64,000 nucleotides of DNA, from positions 36,704,001 through 36,768,000 of the forward strand of contig NC_043006.1 in assembly GCF_006345805.1 (NCBI RefSeq), read 5' to 3'. The position numbers and the translations under genes are program-made. Below, in pieces: positions 41,351 to 53,029 of this stretch. Each line of letters opens with the position of its first letter. Position 1 is the first letter of the stretch. Below the pieces are notes generated by a model that was not told the DNA's origin, did no database searches, and saw only the letters and a program-made list of their open reading frames with translations. The stretch comes from Octopus sinensis. Lineage: Eukaryota.

Positions 41351-41890
41351 GACTAAGTGATCCACTATCACCTTTTACTTATCTACATTTCTGTGCATAA
41401 GAGATTAGTTATACTTATATAACAGAATGAAGTAGATGAATGTACAAACATCATAATTGCTCCTCTTGAGGTCTAAAGGCCAGCTGAGACAGTTCAAAAG
41501 TTAGGGTGATAGTAGCAGTTTGTCTTCAAAGTCTATTCAAATCTTGTCTCAATGTTTCAAATTCTACCTCAAAGAAAATTTGAAATATTTCGGTATAAGC
41601 TTTTTGTTTGTGGTTCTTGCTGAAACCTTTCATTGTATTGGATATAAAAGAAGTTTGTCTACCACATTGTCTATGTACTACTAACCTCTTCACTCTTGAA
41701 AAGGATCTTTTGATCAAAAATTCATTACTCAACCCAAACCAAACCAAACTAAAGCATTGTCCATTCAAATACACAAACATGCATACAAAAATAAATACAT
41801 ACATGCAAACAAAAATACATACATGCAAGCATACATATATACATACTTGCACGCATACATACACAAATACATATATACATACATGCATGT

Positions 41891-41932
<42 letters not shown>

Positions 41933-42699
41933 GTGTATGTATACACACACACACACACACACATACATACCAGGGCTGCTAGTGTTGCTTTTACACTGTC
42001 CACCTAGATTTCTGGTTTATATTGAGAAGATAGTTTATAATCTGTTTTTTCGTATGTCAGACAAATTTTTCAAAATATCTAACATATATCTAATATGATA
42101 ACATACTGTTTGTGTCAGTATATTTATTTTCTGCCTGTAAGTTTTTAATGTACAAAAACACCAGAGTGGTAGTGAAAGGGAGAGAAAGGTCAGGCATGGT
42201 GAGGGAAAGTAAGAGATTTAGAACATAAGACAACAAATGGTGAATGATGACTAGAGAAAGAATGAGATAAATGAAACTAATGTGAGAGAATGAGAAATAG
42301 AGGGTCAAAAATTAGGAGAGTAAAAGTAAGAACTAGATTTAAATAAGGAGAAAGAAGAGTAGGAATGTGTGGTAAAAGTTTTGACATCACAATATCTTTA
42401 GGTATCTCATTCTCTTTTTTGAAGTGGGCTAAATAAAATAATGGCTTGATCAACTGTAAATCTCTACAGTCCAGTATCCCTATGGATACTCCTTTAAAAT
42501 TAGTTCATAAAGCCAAATAACACTTTTTGAAGGGTGAGTGTTTGAAAGACACTCATTTTAAAAGCAATTTAATGAGAAGTACTTTATAAAACATCAGTTT
42601 CATAGGCTATCATTTCCAAGGCACAGATTCATTTGTGAGTGTGCGTGTGCATCTTAGATCCTACAATTCCTTAAAGAACATCAGGCAACAAAGGATGTC

Positions 42700-43160
42700 C
42701 AACCAACACAGTTTCAAGTCCTGTTATGAGCCTACTCTCAGAACAGGCCCATATCTGCCAAATCCTCTTCTATAGTCCTCAACCAAGTCTTAACAAATCT
42801 GCCTCACCTCCTTCACCTCTATTTCTGACTGCCACTCAAGAGAAATTTTCTCCAGTCTCTTTCTAGGCATGCATAGTACATGGCAAGCATTTTCTGCCAT
42901 CACATGGCAATGGTATCATGCAGGCTATTCAGCCTTGGTCTTTCTATGATTTCTTCATTCATAATGTAATTGAGCCAAGAAATTTGTAGTATGGTTCCAG
43001 GGCAACATCTGCAGTTCTATAGGTTCTGCTGGTCTTTTTTCATGTCTTGCAAGGTATAAGTCATTATCAGTATAATGATAGATGTATACAGGCAAAGTTT
43101 GCTGCCTTGGTCAATATAAATGCATTGTATCATTTTAGGCCCTTTGTACCTAAGAACTCC
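42700..43160 (-). mobile_element. decayed RTE LINE 3' end
   Basis: relic KTWLRTIEEDLADMGL. Confidence 0.55.
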
Positions 43161-44560
43161 ACCATTTTGTGTTCATGTTTGTCACACAGCATGACTTCTA
43201 TATGAATAGCCCCAACTTCCCAGTTGCCATAACTTTCTTACAATTATGCATTTTAATAATGTGTTTGGAAATGCAAACACCCACCAGAGAGAAAAACGTT
43301 ATGCATTGTCATTCAAGGAAGAATAATTTCAGAATCATGAATTTAAAGATTGCCAAGGTAAAAATATGATAAAGAAGCTCATTATTTTAAATGCTGCTTC
43401 GTTACTCTGCAAAATGCAAATAACCCGTGTTAATGAAACACAAAATTTCTATTAAACGAAACTGCTTTTATGTGGTTAAGTCTAGTGTTGATATTTTCCA
43501 ATTCATAAAAGAAGAGGTTAACGGACAGTGAACAAACAGTGAACTGCTTATTATTGGCTATATTTTGTTGATCATAAAATTCCCTTTGCAAACATTGATA
43601 TTCTTCTGACAAAAAATTAACAATATAAAGAACCAAACCTTCATACGTTATTCAAGATAGAAGAGCCTTTCATGAAAATAGATGCAACAGATATCTGTGA
43701 GATACAAAAGATTTCTATTATAATATAGTTATATTTATGAGTTACTTTGATTTCAATAAGCATAATGTTGTAGACGCATTATTAGACAGTGTATTCTTCA
43801 AAAATGGATGGCCCTTGGTCTTTACAATACTGGCAAAAGTGAAAGAAATATTTCTCTAGAAAATATTATTGTTTTTCGATGATGGGTACTAAATATGGGT
43901 TTCAGAAATTATTGAATGATTAAACACCTTCTGCTTTTATTAAAGGAAGCCTCTGTTGTTCTTTCCTTCTTCACTCTGGCCATACTGTTTGTGTATGGCT
44001 TTCATACTTAGTGGCTTTTTAAGAACATTTAACGTCTTACTTTTTTTCACAATAGCAAAAGACAATAGAAGTTTACACTTATTTAAGAAGTTGTGATGAT
44101 AACTTATCACAAAATACCTAAACTTCCACAAGCAAGGTAATATATTTAATAGCATATAAGACACACTATATTTCCAAAGATATGTCTCCAAAACATCACC
44201 CTGAATCCTACATGTAAAGTCGGACCTCTCATAAACTTTAATTCATGAAAAACATTTTTGCCCTGAATATCTGCTTCTGAAAATGTCATGAGTCTACTAA
44301 GCACACATGTGTTTTATGCTATCAGCTGCAGTAGCTTTCTTAAGAGACGGTTATAACAATGTTAAGTGGAAAAATTTGATGCTTTACTTTTTTCATATTT
44401 CCAAAGTTAATTGAAAATTGACAAGGTTTATGGTGCCAGAGAGTTTATACGGTATCAACCGATCACAGAATCAAACATACACTACTTTTCTTTCACTATG
44501 TGCTCAAGAAGAGAAACCTACTGAATGTTGAATTCCAACCTGGGTATTTCAGGCAGTAGT

Positions 44561-45028
44561 GTAGCTGGGGAAGGGGCTGGTCCATCCAGGGTAATGCTTT
44601 TTATGGGTACAGCACATTTGGGTCTGCTTTATAAGTCTATAACTGGGGAAGGGGCCAGTCTATCCAGAGTAATGCTTTTTATGGGTATGGCACATTTGGG
44701 TCTGCTTTATAAGCCTGTAGCTGGGGATGGGGCTGGTCCATCCAGAGTAATGCTTTTTATGGGTACGGCACATTTGGGTCTGCTTTATAAGCCTGTAGCT
44801 GGGGAAGGGGCCAATCCATCCAGAGTAATGCTTTTTATGGGTACGGCACATTTAGGTCTGCTTTATAAGCCTGTAGCTGGGGAAGGGGCCAGTCCATCCA
44901 GAGTAATGCTTTTTATGGGTACGGCACATTTAGGTCTGCTTTATAAGCCTGTAGCTGGGGAAGGGGCCAGTCCATCCAGAGTAATGCTTTTTATGGGTAC
45001 GGCACATTTAGGTTTGCTTTATAAGCCT
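44561..45028. repeat. 78-bp minisatellite, 6 copies
   Basis: units start at 44561, 44639, 44717, 44795, 44873 and 44951. Confidence 0.95.
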
Positions 45029-45453
45029 ATATATAAATGGTGGAGGCAGAAGAGAAAAACTCAAGGACCACCCTGGGTGGCACACAATCTAACTACATCA
45101 CTGATTTCAAATTACATTATCAGTATTTCATGATATTATTAGAATACAAAAATCTTTCAAGTTTCTGTATTTATGATCAATTATTGCAGAACATTACATT
45201 ATCAGAAATTGACTCAAAGATGGGGACTTAGAATTCCGAATAGTTTCCTCAGTTGGTACTCCTGCAAATACTGGCTAACAGAGTGCATAAAATGTTCAAT
45301 CTTCCATAAAGGAAACCATTCCATACAAAAGGAAATTCAAGGGATAATTTATTAGTCGCAGAGTACAATAAAGTCCAAGAATGAAGGCAATGGTATTATA
45401 TTTAGCCCTTTATAATGACAGTACTACCATAATAATGAGTCATGTGCCTTCAC

Positions 45454-45495
<42 letters not shown>

Positions 45496-45505
45496 GAGTC
45501 GAAGT

Positions 45506-45837
45506 GAGAGACCCCTTCGGTCACGAATGACCATGGGATTGCACCTAGAAAGTTACCCTCCTAGGCACAAGTCTGGGCAAGGTTGTTTATGGAAGACTAG
45601 CAGTCACCCATGCATACCAGCCTCCCCTCTCCACGCCATTAATGCTATCCAAGGGAAAGGCAAAGGCCAATACAGCTTGGCATCAGTGACGTCACAACTC
45701 ATTTCTACAACTGAATGAACTGGAACAACGTGAAATAAAGTGTCTTGCTCAAGAACACAACACGCAGCCCAGTCAGGGATTCGAACCCACAACCTCACAT
45801 TTGTAAGATCAGTGCTATAACCACTGAGCCATGTGCC

Positions 45838-45840
<3 letters not shown>
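45506..45840 (-). mobile_element. tRNA-derived SINE family B
   Basis: minus-strand GAAGGCACATGGCTCAGTGGTTA...GTTCGAATCCC (A/B boxes). Confidence 0.85.
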
Positions 45841-45900
<60 letters not shown>

Positions 45901-46640
45901 CGAATTGAACCAGCCAGGATCCCTGGTCTGGTGGTACGTAAAAAGCACTATCCGACTCGTGGCCGATGCCAGCGCTGCCTCCACTAGCTTCTGTGCCGGT
46001 GGCACGTAAAATACACCAATCTGACCGTACGACAGGCACCCATGCCAACCCCCTTGCTTGCGAAGACATGTTGGGGCAAGCAAAATCGAATCGAACCAGC
46101 CAGGTTCCCTGGTCTGGTGGTACGTAAAAAGCACTATCCGACTCGTGGCCGATGCCAGTGCCGCCTCCACTGGCTTCCGTGCCGGTGGCACGTAAAATAC
46201 ACCAATCTGACCGTACAACAGGCACCCATGCCAACCCCCTTGCTTGCGAAGACATGTTGGGGCAAGCGAAATCGAAATCGAATTGAACCAGCCAGGATCC
46301 CTGGTCTGGTGGTGCGTAAAAAGCACCATCCGACTCGTGGCCGATGCCAGCACCGCCTCGTCTGGCTTCCGTGCCGGTGGCACATAAAATACACCAATCC
46401 GACCGTGGCCGTTGCCAGCCTCGCCTGGCACCTGTGCAGGTGGCACGTAAAAAGCACCCACTACACTCACGGAGTGGTTGGCGTTAGGAAGGGCATCCAG
46501 CTGTAGAAACACTGCCAGATAAGACTGGAGCCTGGTGCAGCCTTCTGGCTTCCCAGATCCCCGGTCGAACCGTCCAACCCATGCTAGCATGGAGAACGGA
46601 CGTTAAACGACGACGATGATGATGATGATGATGATGATGA
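45901..46640 (+). mobile_element. RTE-family 3' tail with ~186-192 bp tandem units
   Basis: units start near 45901, 46087 and 46279; same terminal tail as 29750-29916. Confidence 0.85.
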
Positions 46641-46875
46641 TATATTCATGCCAGTGTTACGTAAAGCACCCAGTATACTCTGTAAAGTGATTGGCATTAG
46701 GAAGGGCATCCAGCTGTAGAAACCATGCCAAATCAGACTAGAACCTGGTACAGTTCTCCAGCTTGCCAGCTCTGGTCAGACTGTCCAACCCATACCATTT
46801 AACCCTTGGACGTTAAATGACGATGATGATGATGATGATGATATACAATAGGCTTCCCCACAGGGAAATTAATGG

Positions 46876-47720
46876 AGAAATTAATCTTTTGTAACTAAAC
46901 ACTTTCAAACTTCGGACACTGGTCGAATGTGTCATATAAAACATATTTCACTCTTAGTGTTGTTGAGAAAAGTTTATATTTTCAAAGTTATTTCATTTTT
47001 AAGTTGTCGTATTTCATTAATTTCAACCAATCAACGACGTGTATTCAGCTGAATAAAATTACTGCTGTTGTTTGTCAACAACAACTTCCGGCTGTGTATA
47101 TTTCGTTTGTCATTATTTATGACATGTTTCATCTCAGTTACGTTAGTATGAATAAAAGAGTGTATCCTAAGCATGTTTACTTCATGGTACCACCATAATA
47201 GTTCGTGCATTTCTACTGCTTTTAGGGTTTTTTCCCTGTTTTACAGCTATTATTTTCGGAAAGACTTCCTCCTCCTCCACATTTTGTCGCAAATTATTGT
47301 TTTTAAAAAATTTTTTTTTGACAAAAACCTAGCTTTCCGGATACAGAGATTCCGGAAAATTGCCAAAAATTGGAATTTTGAAATTTTTTGCCCCTTCCAA
47401 TTTCTTCCTTTTTCACTTTTTTTCCGTATCTCTAACCCTAAAACCCTAAAGCTAAATGCACGAACGATGTCATAAATAACAGTGACAAATAAAATATACA
47501 CCGCCGATAGTTGTTGTTGACAAACAATGGCAGTAATTTTATTCAGCTGAATACACGTCATTGATTGGTTGAAATTACCGAAATACAACAACTTTAACAC
47601 GAAATAACTTCGAAAATATAAACTTTTCTCAACAACACTAAGAGTAAAATATGTTTTGTATGACACATTCTACCAGTGTCCGAAGTTTGAAAGGGTTTAG
47701 TTACAAAAAATTAATTTCTC
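46876..47720. mobile_element. foldback element with ~260-bp TIRs
   Basis: 46876-47135 is the reverse complement of 47466-47720; related arm fragment at about 14630-14810. Confidence 0.85.
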
Positions 47721-48299
47721 GATCTGCCGTTGAAAGGGAAAAGATCCCACCCACCCACAGTTTCCGTTTTCTAAATTCACAAATTCACTCATAAAGCATT
47801 GGTTTGCACGGGGCTCTTATCGAAGACATTTGCCGCTCAGTGAGATTGAACCCAAATCCACATGGCTGCGTCTATTTGCTGATTTGTCTTCTGAGGGGAA
47901 TAAAATATGCATATTTTGCCAAAACGAAATTATAATTCCGAATGACATCATGGTCGTGATATTTCCTGACAAATATCTTCCTACCCGCCCACGACCAACA
48001 CTCCGCTTGAATTTGGCTGTTATCGTGTGTGAATCATTTTTCAATGTCATTCATTTCCGTGCTTTCAACTCCGATGTCTTTTCCAGTCGCAACGCACTTC
48101 TTTCATATATATATATATATAAGTTTAAACTTCAATGAAAAAAAAGGAGAATCAATATACTAAAATATTTAAACACTTTTTCATATTGATTCTCCTTTTT
48201 TTTTCATTGAACTTTAAACAAACGCACTTGTGCGCTAGTGTGTTTGTATACACATCTATCCATACATACATACATTCATACATTACCTACATACAGACA

Positions 48300-48330
<31 letters not shown>

Positions 48331-48361
48331 CATACATACATACATACATACATACATACAT

Positions 48362-49660
48362 ACATGGCTGCATGATTTCCTAAAGGACAGGAGCCAAACT
48401 GTAGCAGCCAACGGAGCTCTCTCCACAGAGACACCAATAGTAAGAGGAGTGCCCCAGGGTACTGTGCTGGGGCCATTGCTTTTCATAGTGACCCTATCGC
48501 ATATGCCATCAGTGACAAAGGCAGCCATGCTTACCAGCTATGCTGACGACACAAAAGTCGCACAGTCAGTCAAGGAAACCTCTGATGCTACCGCTCTTGC
48601 AGCAGGATCTAGATGCCATCTATACATGGGCCGAGGATAACAACATGCAATTTAATGCAAGTAAATTCCAGGCCCTCCACTTCTCAGGAATCACAACATC
48701 AGTACGTTGGGCCAAGTGGAGCAACGATTCCAGAATCAAATACGGCGCGTGATCTTGGAATAGAAATGAGCAACAATGCCTAATTTCACACAGATATCAA
48801 CAAAATGGTGGCAGTATCCAGAAGACTGGCAGGTTGGATTCTGAAAACCTTCCGGACAAGGGACCAAGAAACTATGATGACACTATGGAAGTCATTTATC
48901 CTCAGCCGACTGGACTACTGCTCTCAGCTATGGTCACCTTATACCAGGGGTGGGCAAACTACGGCCCGCGGGCCGCATGCGGCCCGCCATAGGTTTTCAT
49001 GCGGCCCGCCGAGAGCTTTTATGAATCCTAACTTCTATGCAGATACTTCGTAACTGTACGGTAATTCACAATATTTTCACTTGATTTTTATAAATGAGGC
49101 CCGCCAAGGTTCCAAAGACGCACTGTGCGGCCCGCGATCAAAAAAGTTTGCCCACCCCTGCCTTATACTATAAGGACGATAGCAGAGCTTGAAGCAGTCC
49201 GAAGACATTACACAATTGCATCAATGGAACGACTGAGCTACTGGGACAGATTGAAAGAGCTACGACTCTATTCCCTGGAACGAAGGCGGGAGAGGTATGC
49301 AATGATATATATATATATATATAGAAGATACTGGAAGGACTGGTACCAAACTTTGGAATAAAGAGCTATACCAGACCACGAACAGGACGTTACCGTGCTG
49401 TCCCACTGTGCCGACTGCTTCATCTCGAGCAAGGACGATTTACTGCAATAGCTTGGGTTTCAGGGGCCCACAGCTGTTTAATTGTCTGTCGAAGCATTTG
49501 AGAAGCCTTCATGGAGTGGATATAGACGTTTTCAAACGTGAACTTGACCTCTGGCTCACCGAGATCCCAGATGAGCCAATATCTAAGCAATAAACTCAAA
49601 AGAGGGCAGTAACATTGAACTCCATCCTTCACCAAAAGCCGCTCCGACAAAGGTGGAAAG
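48362..49660 (+). mobile_element. 5'-truncated CR1/L2-group LINE, frameshifted
   Basis: GVPQGTVLGPLLF, YADDTK, LQQDLD..W...N.MQFNASKF, SRLDYCSQLWSPY, LYSLERRRER, PDEP. Confidence 0.92.
48945..49160. mobile_element. hAT (Buster-type) MITE inserted in the CR1-like LINE
   Basis: perfect 16-bp TIR CAGGGGTGGGCAAACT and perfect 8-bp TSD CCTTATAC. Confidence 0.95.
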
Positions 49661-49954
49661 TGGAAAGATGATCAAAATGGTGGTGCTCCAGCATGGCCAC
49701 AGTCATTGGACTGAAACATATAAAAGAATAAAAGAACATACATACATATTTGGTACAATGGTTAAACGCCCGTCATGATGGGTTTCAGTCCCTTGACCAG
49801 GCTTCGACTTTTTCTAGCCAAGGTTTTCTTTTTTAACCCAATATTTACTCGCTGTTATTTACAGTTTTATTTACTACGAGTTCCCGAAAAGAATTATTCC
49901 GTGTTCTCTTGAAGTTCAAGAATTCTTTTGACGCTAACAACATACATAAATGCT

Positions 49955-50238
49955 GAGACTCCCTTCGGTCATGACTGACCATGGGATTGCACCTAGAAAG
50001 TTACCCTCCCAGGTACAAGTCCGGACAAGGTTGTTTATGGAAGACCAGCAGTCAGTGTTATCCCAGGGAAAGGCAAAGGGTAATACAGGTTGGCACCAGT
50101 GACATCGCATGAGTGAACTGAAGCAACGTGAAATAAAGTGTCTTGTTCTAGAACACAACATGCAGCCCAGTTCGGGATTCGAACTCACAACCTCACGATC
50201 GTAAGCTCGACACTCTAACCACTGAGCCATGCGCCTTC
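49955..50238 (-). mobile_element. tRNA-derived SINE family B
   Basis: same family as 45506-45840. Confidence 0.85.
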
Positions 50239-50408
50239 ACCCACACACACACGCACCCCCTTATATATATATATATATAAAGAGAGAGAGACAGACAGAC
50301 AGACAGAGAAAGAGAGAAAGATACACACACACGTATATACATGTGTATATATAATCATGCGTAGCAAATATGCATTTATACATACATAATACATACATAC
50401 ATGCATAC

Positions 50409-50439
<31 letters not shown>

Positions 50440-50735
50440 CTAGCAGTATCGCCCGGCGTTGCTCGGTTTGTAAGGGAAATAACTATATAAGCATTTTTAG
50501 TGAGTTATAGCAAAAAAATAGCAAAAAATGCATTAAAAATGGAATAAAAAATTATGGTAAATTATTTTTTAAATCGTAGACTCATCGAAGACGCGCGCTA
50601 ATACCCAGAAGGGCTCGATATGAATCACGACTATAAGATACCCGGTTTTGGTTACACTGCACCGCAAAATGTGGGAGTAGTTAGGAATCTAAATCGTAGG
50701 AGACAGACACACAACTTCACTTTTATATATAAAGA
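50440..50735 (-). mobile_element. non-autonomous Helitron copy A
   Basis: minus strand starts TC(TTTATATATAAAAG), ends in a GC hairpin followed by CTAG; lies between A and T. Confidence 0.85.
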
Positions 50736-51204
50736 TTTGTGCAACAACTAAAACATTCGGTTGTGCAAATTGTTTGCACAGGAAACCTGCCCTGTGTAGC
50801 GGTAATTGCCGTATTTGTGGATCTGTTTCAGCTTTTTTAGCGATTTCTGTTTTGGCGACTTCAAACCATGAAGTCGTTGTTCTAAAAGAACGCTGGTCTC
50901 CTTGACAACGCATTACGACGTTGATTTCCTTACACTCCCTTCCCCACAGCTTCACGAGGGAGGGAAGAAGGGGGAGAAGCAACACAGGTGCAGGCGTGAG
51001 CATGGACGCCAACTCCGCCGCCATCGACACGAAAAAATATGCATTAAAATGGAATAAAAAATGATGTTAAATTATTTTTAAAATCGTAGACTCATCGTAG
51101 ACGCGCGCTAATACCCAGACGGGCTTGATATGAATCACGACTATAAGATACCCGAATTTGGTTAAACTGCACCGCAAAATGTGGGAGTTAGTTTTATATA
51201 TATA

Positions 51205-51716
51205 CTAGCAGTATCGCCCGGCGTTGCTCGGGTTTGTAAAGGAAATAACTATATAAGCATTTTTAGAGAGTTACTTCCCTTATAGATGCCAATTCGGGCT
51301 TTCTTAGCCATTTCTGTTTTGGTGTCTTCAAGCCATGAAGTCGTTGTTCTAAAAGAACGCTGGTCTCCTTGACAACGCTTTACGACGTTGATTTCCTTAC
51401 ACTCCCTTCCCCACAGCTTCACGAGGGAGGGAAGAAGGGGGAGAAGCAAACAGGTGCAGGTGTGACCATGGACGCCAACTCCGCCGCCATCGATACACGA
51501 AAAAATATGCATTAAAATGAAATAAAAATGATGTTAAATTATTTTTAAAATCGTAGACTCATCGTAGACGCGCGCTAATACCCAGACGGGCTTGATATGA
51601 ATCACAACTATAAGATACCCGAATTTGGTTAAACTGCACCGCAAAATGTGGGAGTAGTTAGGAATCTAAATCGTAGGAGACAGACATTCACACAACTACA
51701 GTTTTATATATATAGA
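51205..51716 (-). mobile_element. non-autonomous Helitron copy C
   Basis: TC...CCCGAGCAACGCCGGG hairpin...CTAG|T. Confidence 0.9.
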
Positions 51717-51730
51717 TATATATATATATA

Positions 51731-52236
51731 CTAGCAGTATCGCCCGGCGTTGCTCGGGTTTGTAAGGGAAATAACTATATAAGCATTTTTAGAGAGTTAC
51801 TTCCTTATAGATGCCAATTCGGGCTTTCTTAGCCATTTCTGTTTTGGTGTCTTCAAGCCATGAAGTCATTGTTCTAAAAGAACGCTGGTCTCCTTGACAA
51901 CGCTTTATGACGTTGATTTCCTTACACTCCCTTCCCCACAGCTTCACGAGGGAGGGAAGAAGGGGGAGAAGCAAACAGGTGCAGGTGTGACCATGGACGC
52001 CAACTCCGCCGCCATCGACACACGAAAAAATATGCATTAAAATGGAATAAAAAATGATGTTAAATTATTTTTAAAATCGTAGACTCATCGTAGACGCGCG
52101 CTAATACGCGCTCGATATGAATTACGACTATAAGATATCCGAATTTGGTTAAACTGCACCGCAAAATGTGGGAGTAGTTAGGAATCTAAATCGAAGGGGA
52201 CAGACACTCACACAACTACAGTTTTATATATATAGA
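51731..52236 (-). mobile_element. non-autonomous Helitron copy D
   Basis: near-identical to copy C, separated from it by 14 bp of (TA)n. Confidence 0.9.
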
Positions 52237-52975
52237 TATATATACATACACTATCATCATATTATTGCTGTTGTTGTTGTTAATGTTTAGCAGAAGCAAC
52301 AGTGACTCAAGGGCAGATGTGTGTGTGTGTGTGTACATATGCACACATACACCTTCGTCGTTAGCCAAGCTCGTCCTTCCCTTCACCTATTCACACTATA
52401 TCTTATGACAAATCACAAACGTGATATCATGCCCACTTAAAATTTAACACAAACCGTTCTCCTTCCCTGTTGCTTTCTGCTACGTCATTTATTTCAGGAC
52501 CTCCGACAAGTTACCCTAGTGACGAAATACAGTTACCATACAGCTTGATCCCCGCCCTACCACTGTCTGCCTCATCCCCTCTCTGTTTTTCTCTATAATT
52601 TTTCTGTCTGTCTGTCTGTCTCTCTCTTTTCTCTATAACTATGAAACGTTACCCTTCGTATCTACTTCCTTTTGCAATCCCCTTGTGTTCATATACACAC
52701 AGCAACACATACATACACACGAAAATACACACATATACACACTCGCGTGCACATACACACTCGCACGCACGCACGTACGCGAGCATATAAGATGAAATAC
52801 ATGCAAAACAAATTATATAAGATTACTACAAGCATAGTACCAGTCAAAAGTAACTGGGTTTGTCTCCTTTCAGTAATTCTAAATCTACGTTTCTAGCCTT
52901 ACTACATTTTCTTTTGTCTTCCATTTTCTCTGATCGCTTGACTGCCTTCCTCCCCCCGTCCCCCCTCTCTCTATT

Positions 52976-53023
<48 letters not shown>

Positions 53024-53029
53024 AATTGA

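Noticed and set aside
44525-45133. 202-aa repetitive ORF
   Set aside because: Produced by a 78-bp (26-codon) minisatellite; no domain similarity recognised.
45604-46590. 328-aa ORF, the longest in the track
   Set aside because: Antisense reading of RTE tail repeats, microsatellite and SINE; not a gene.
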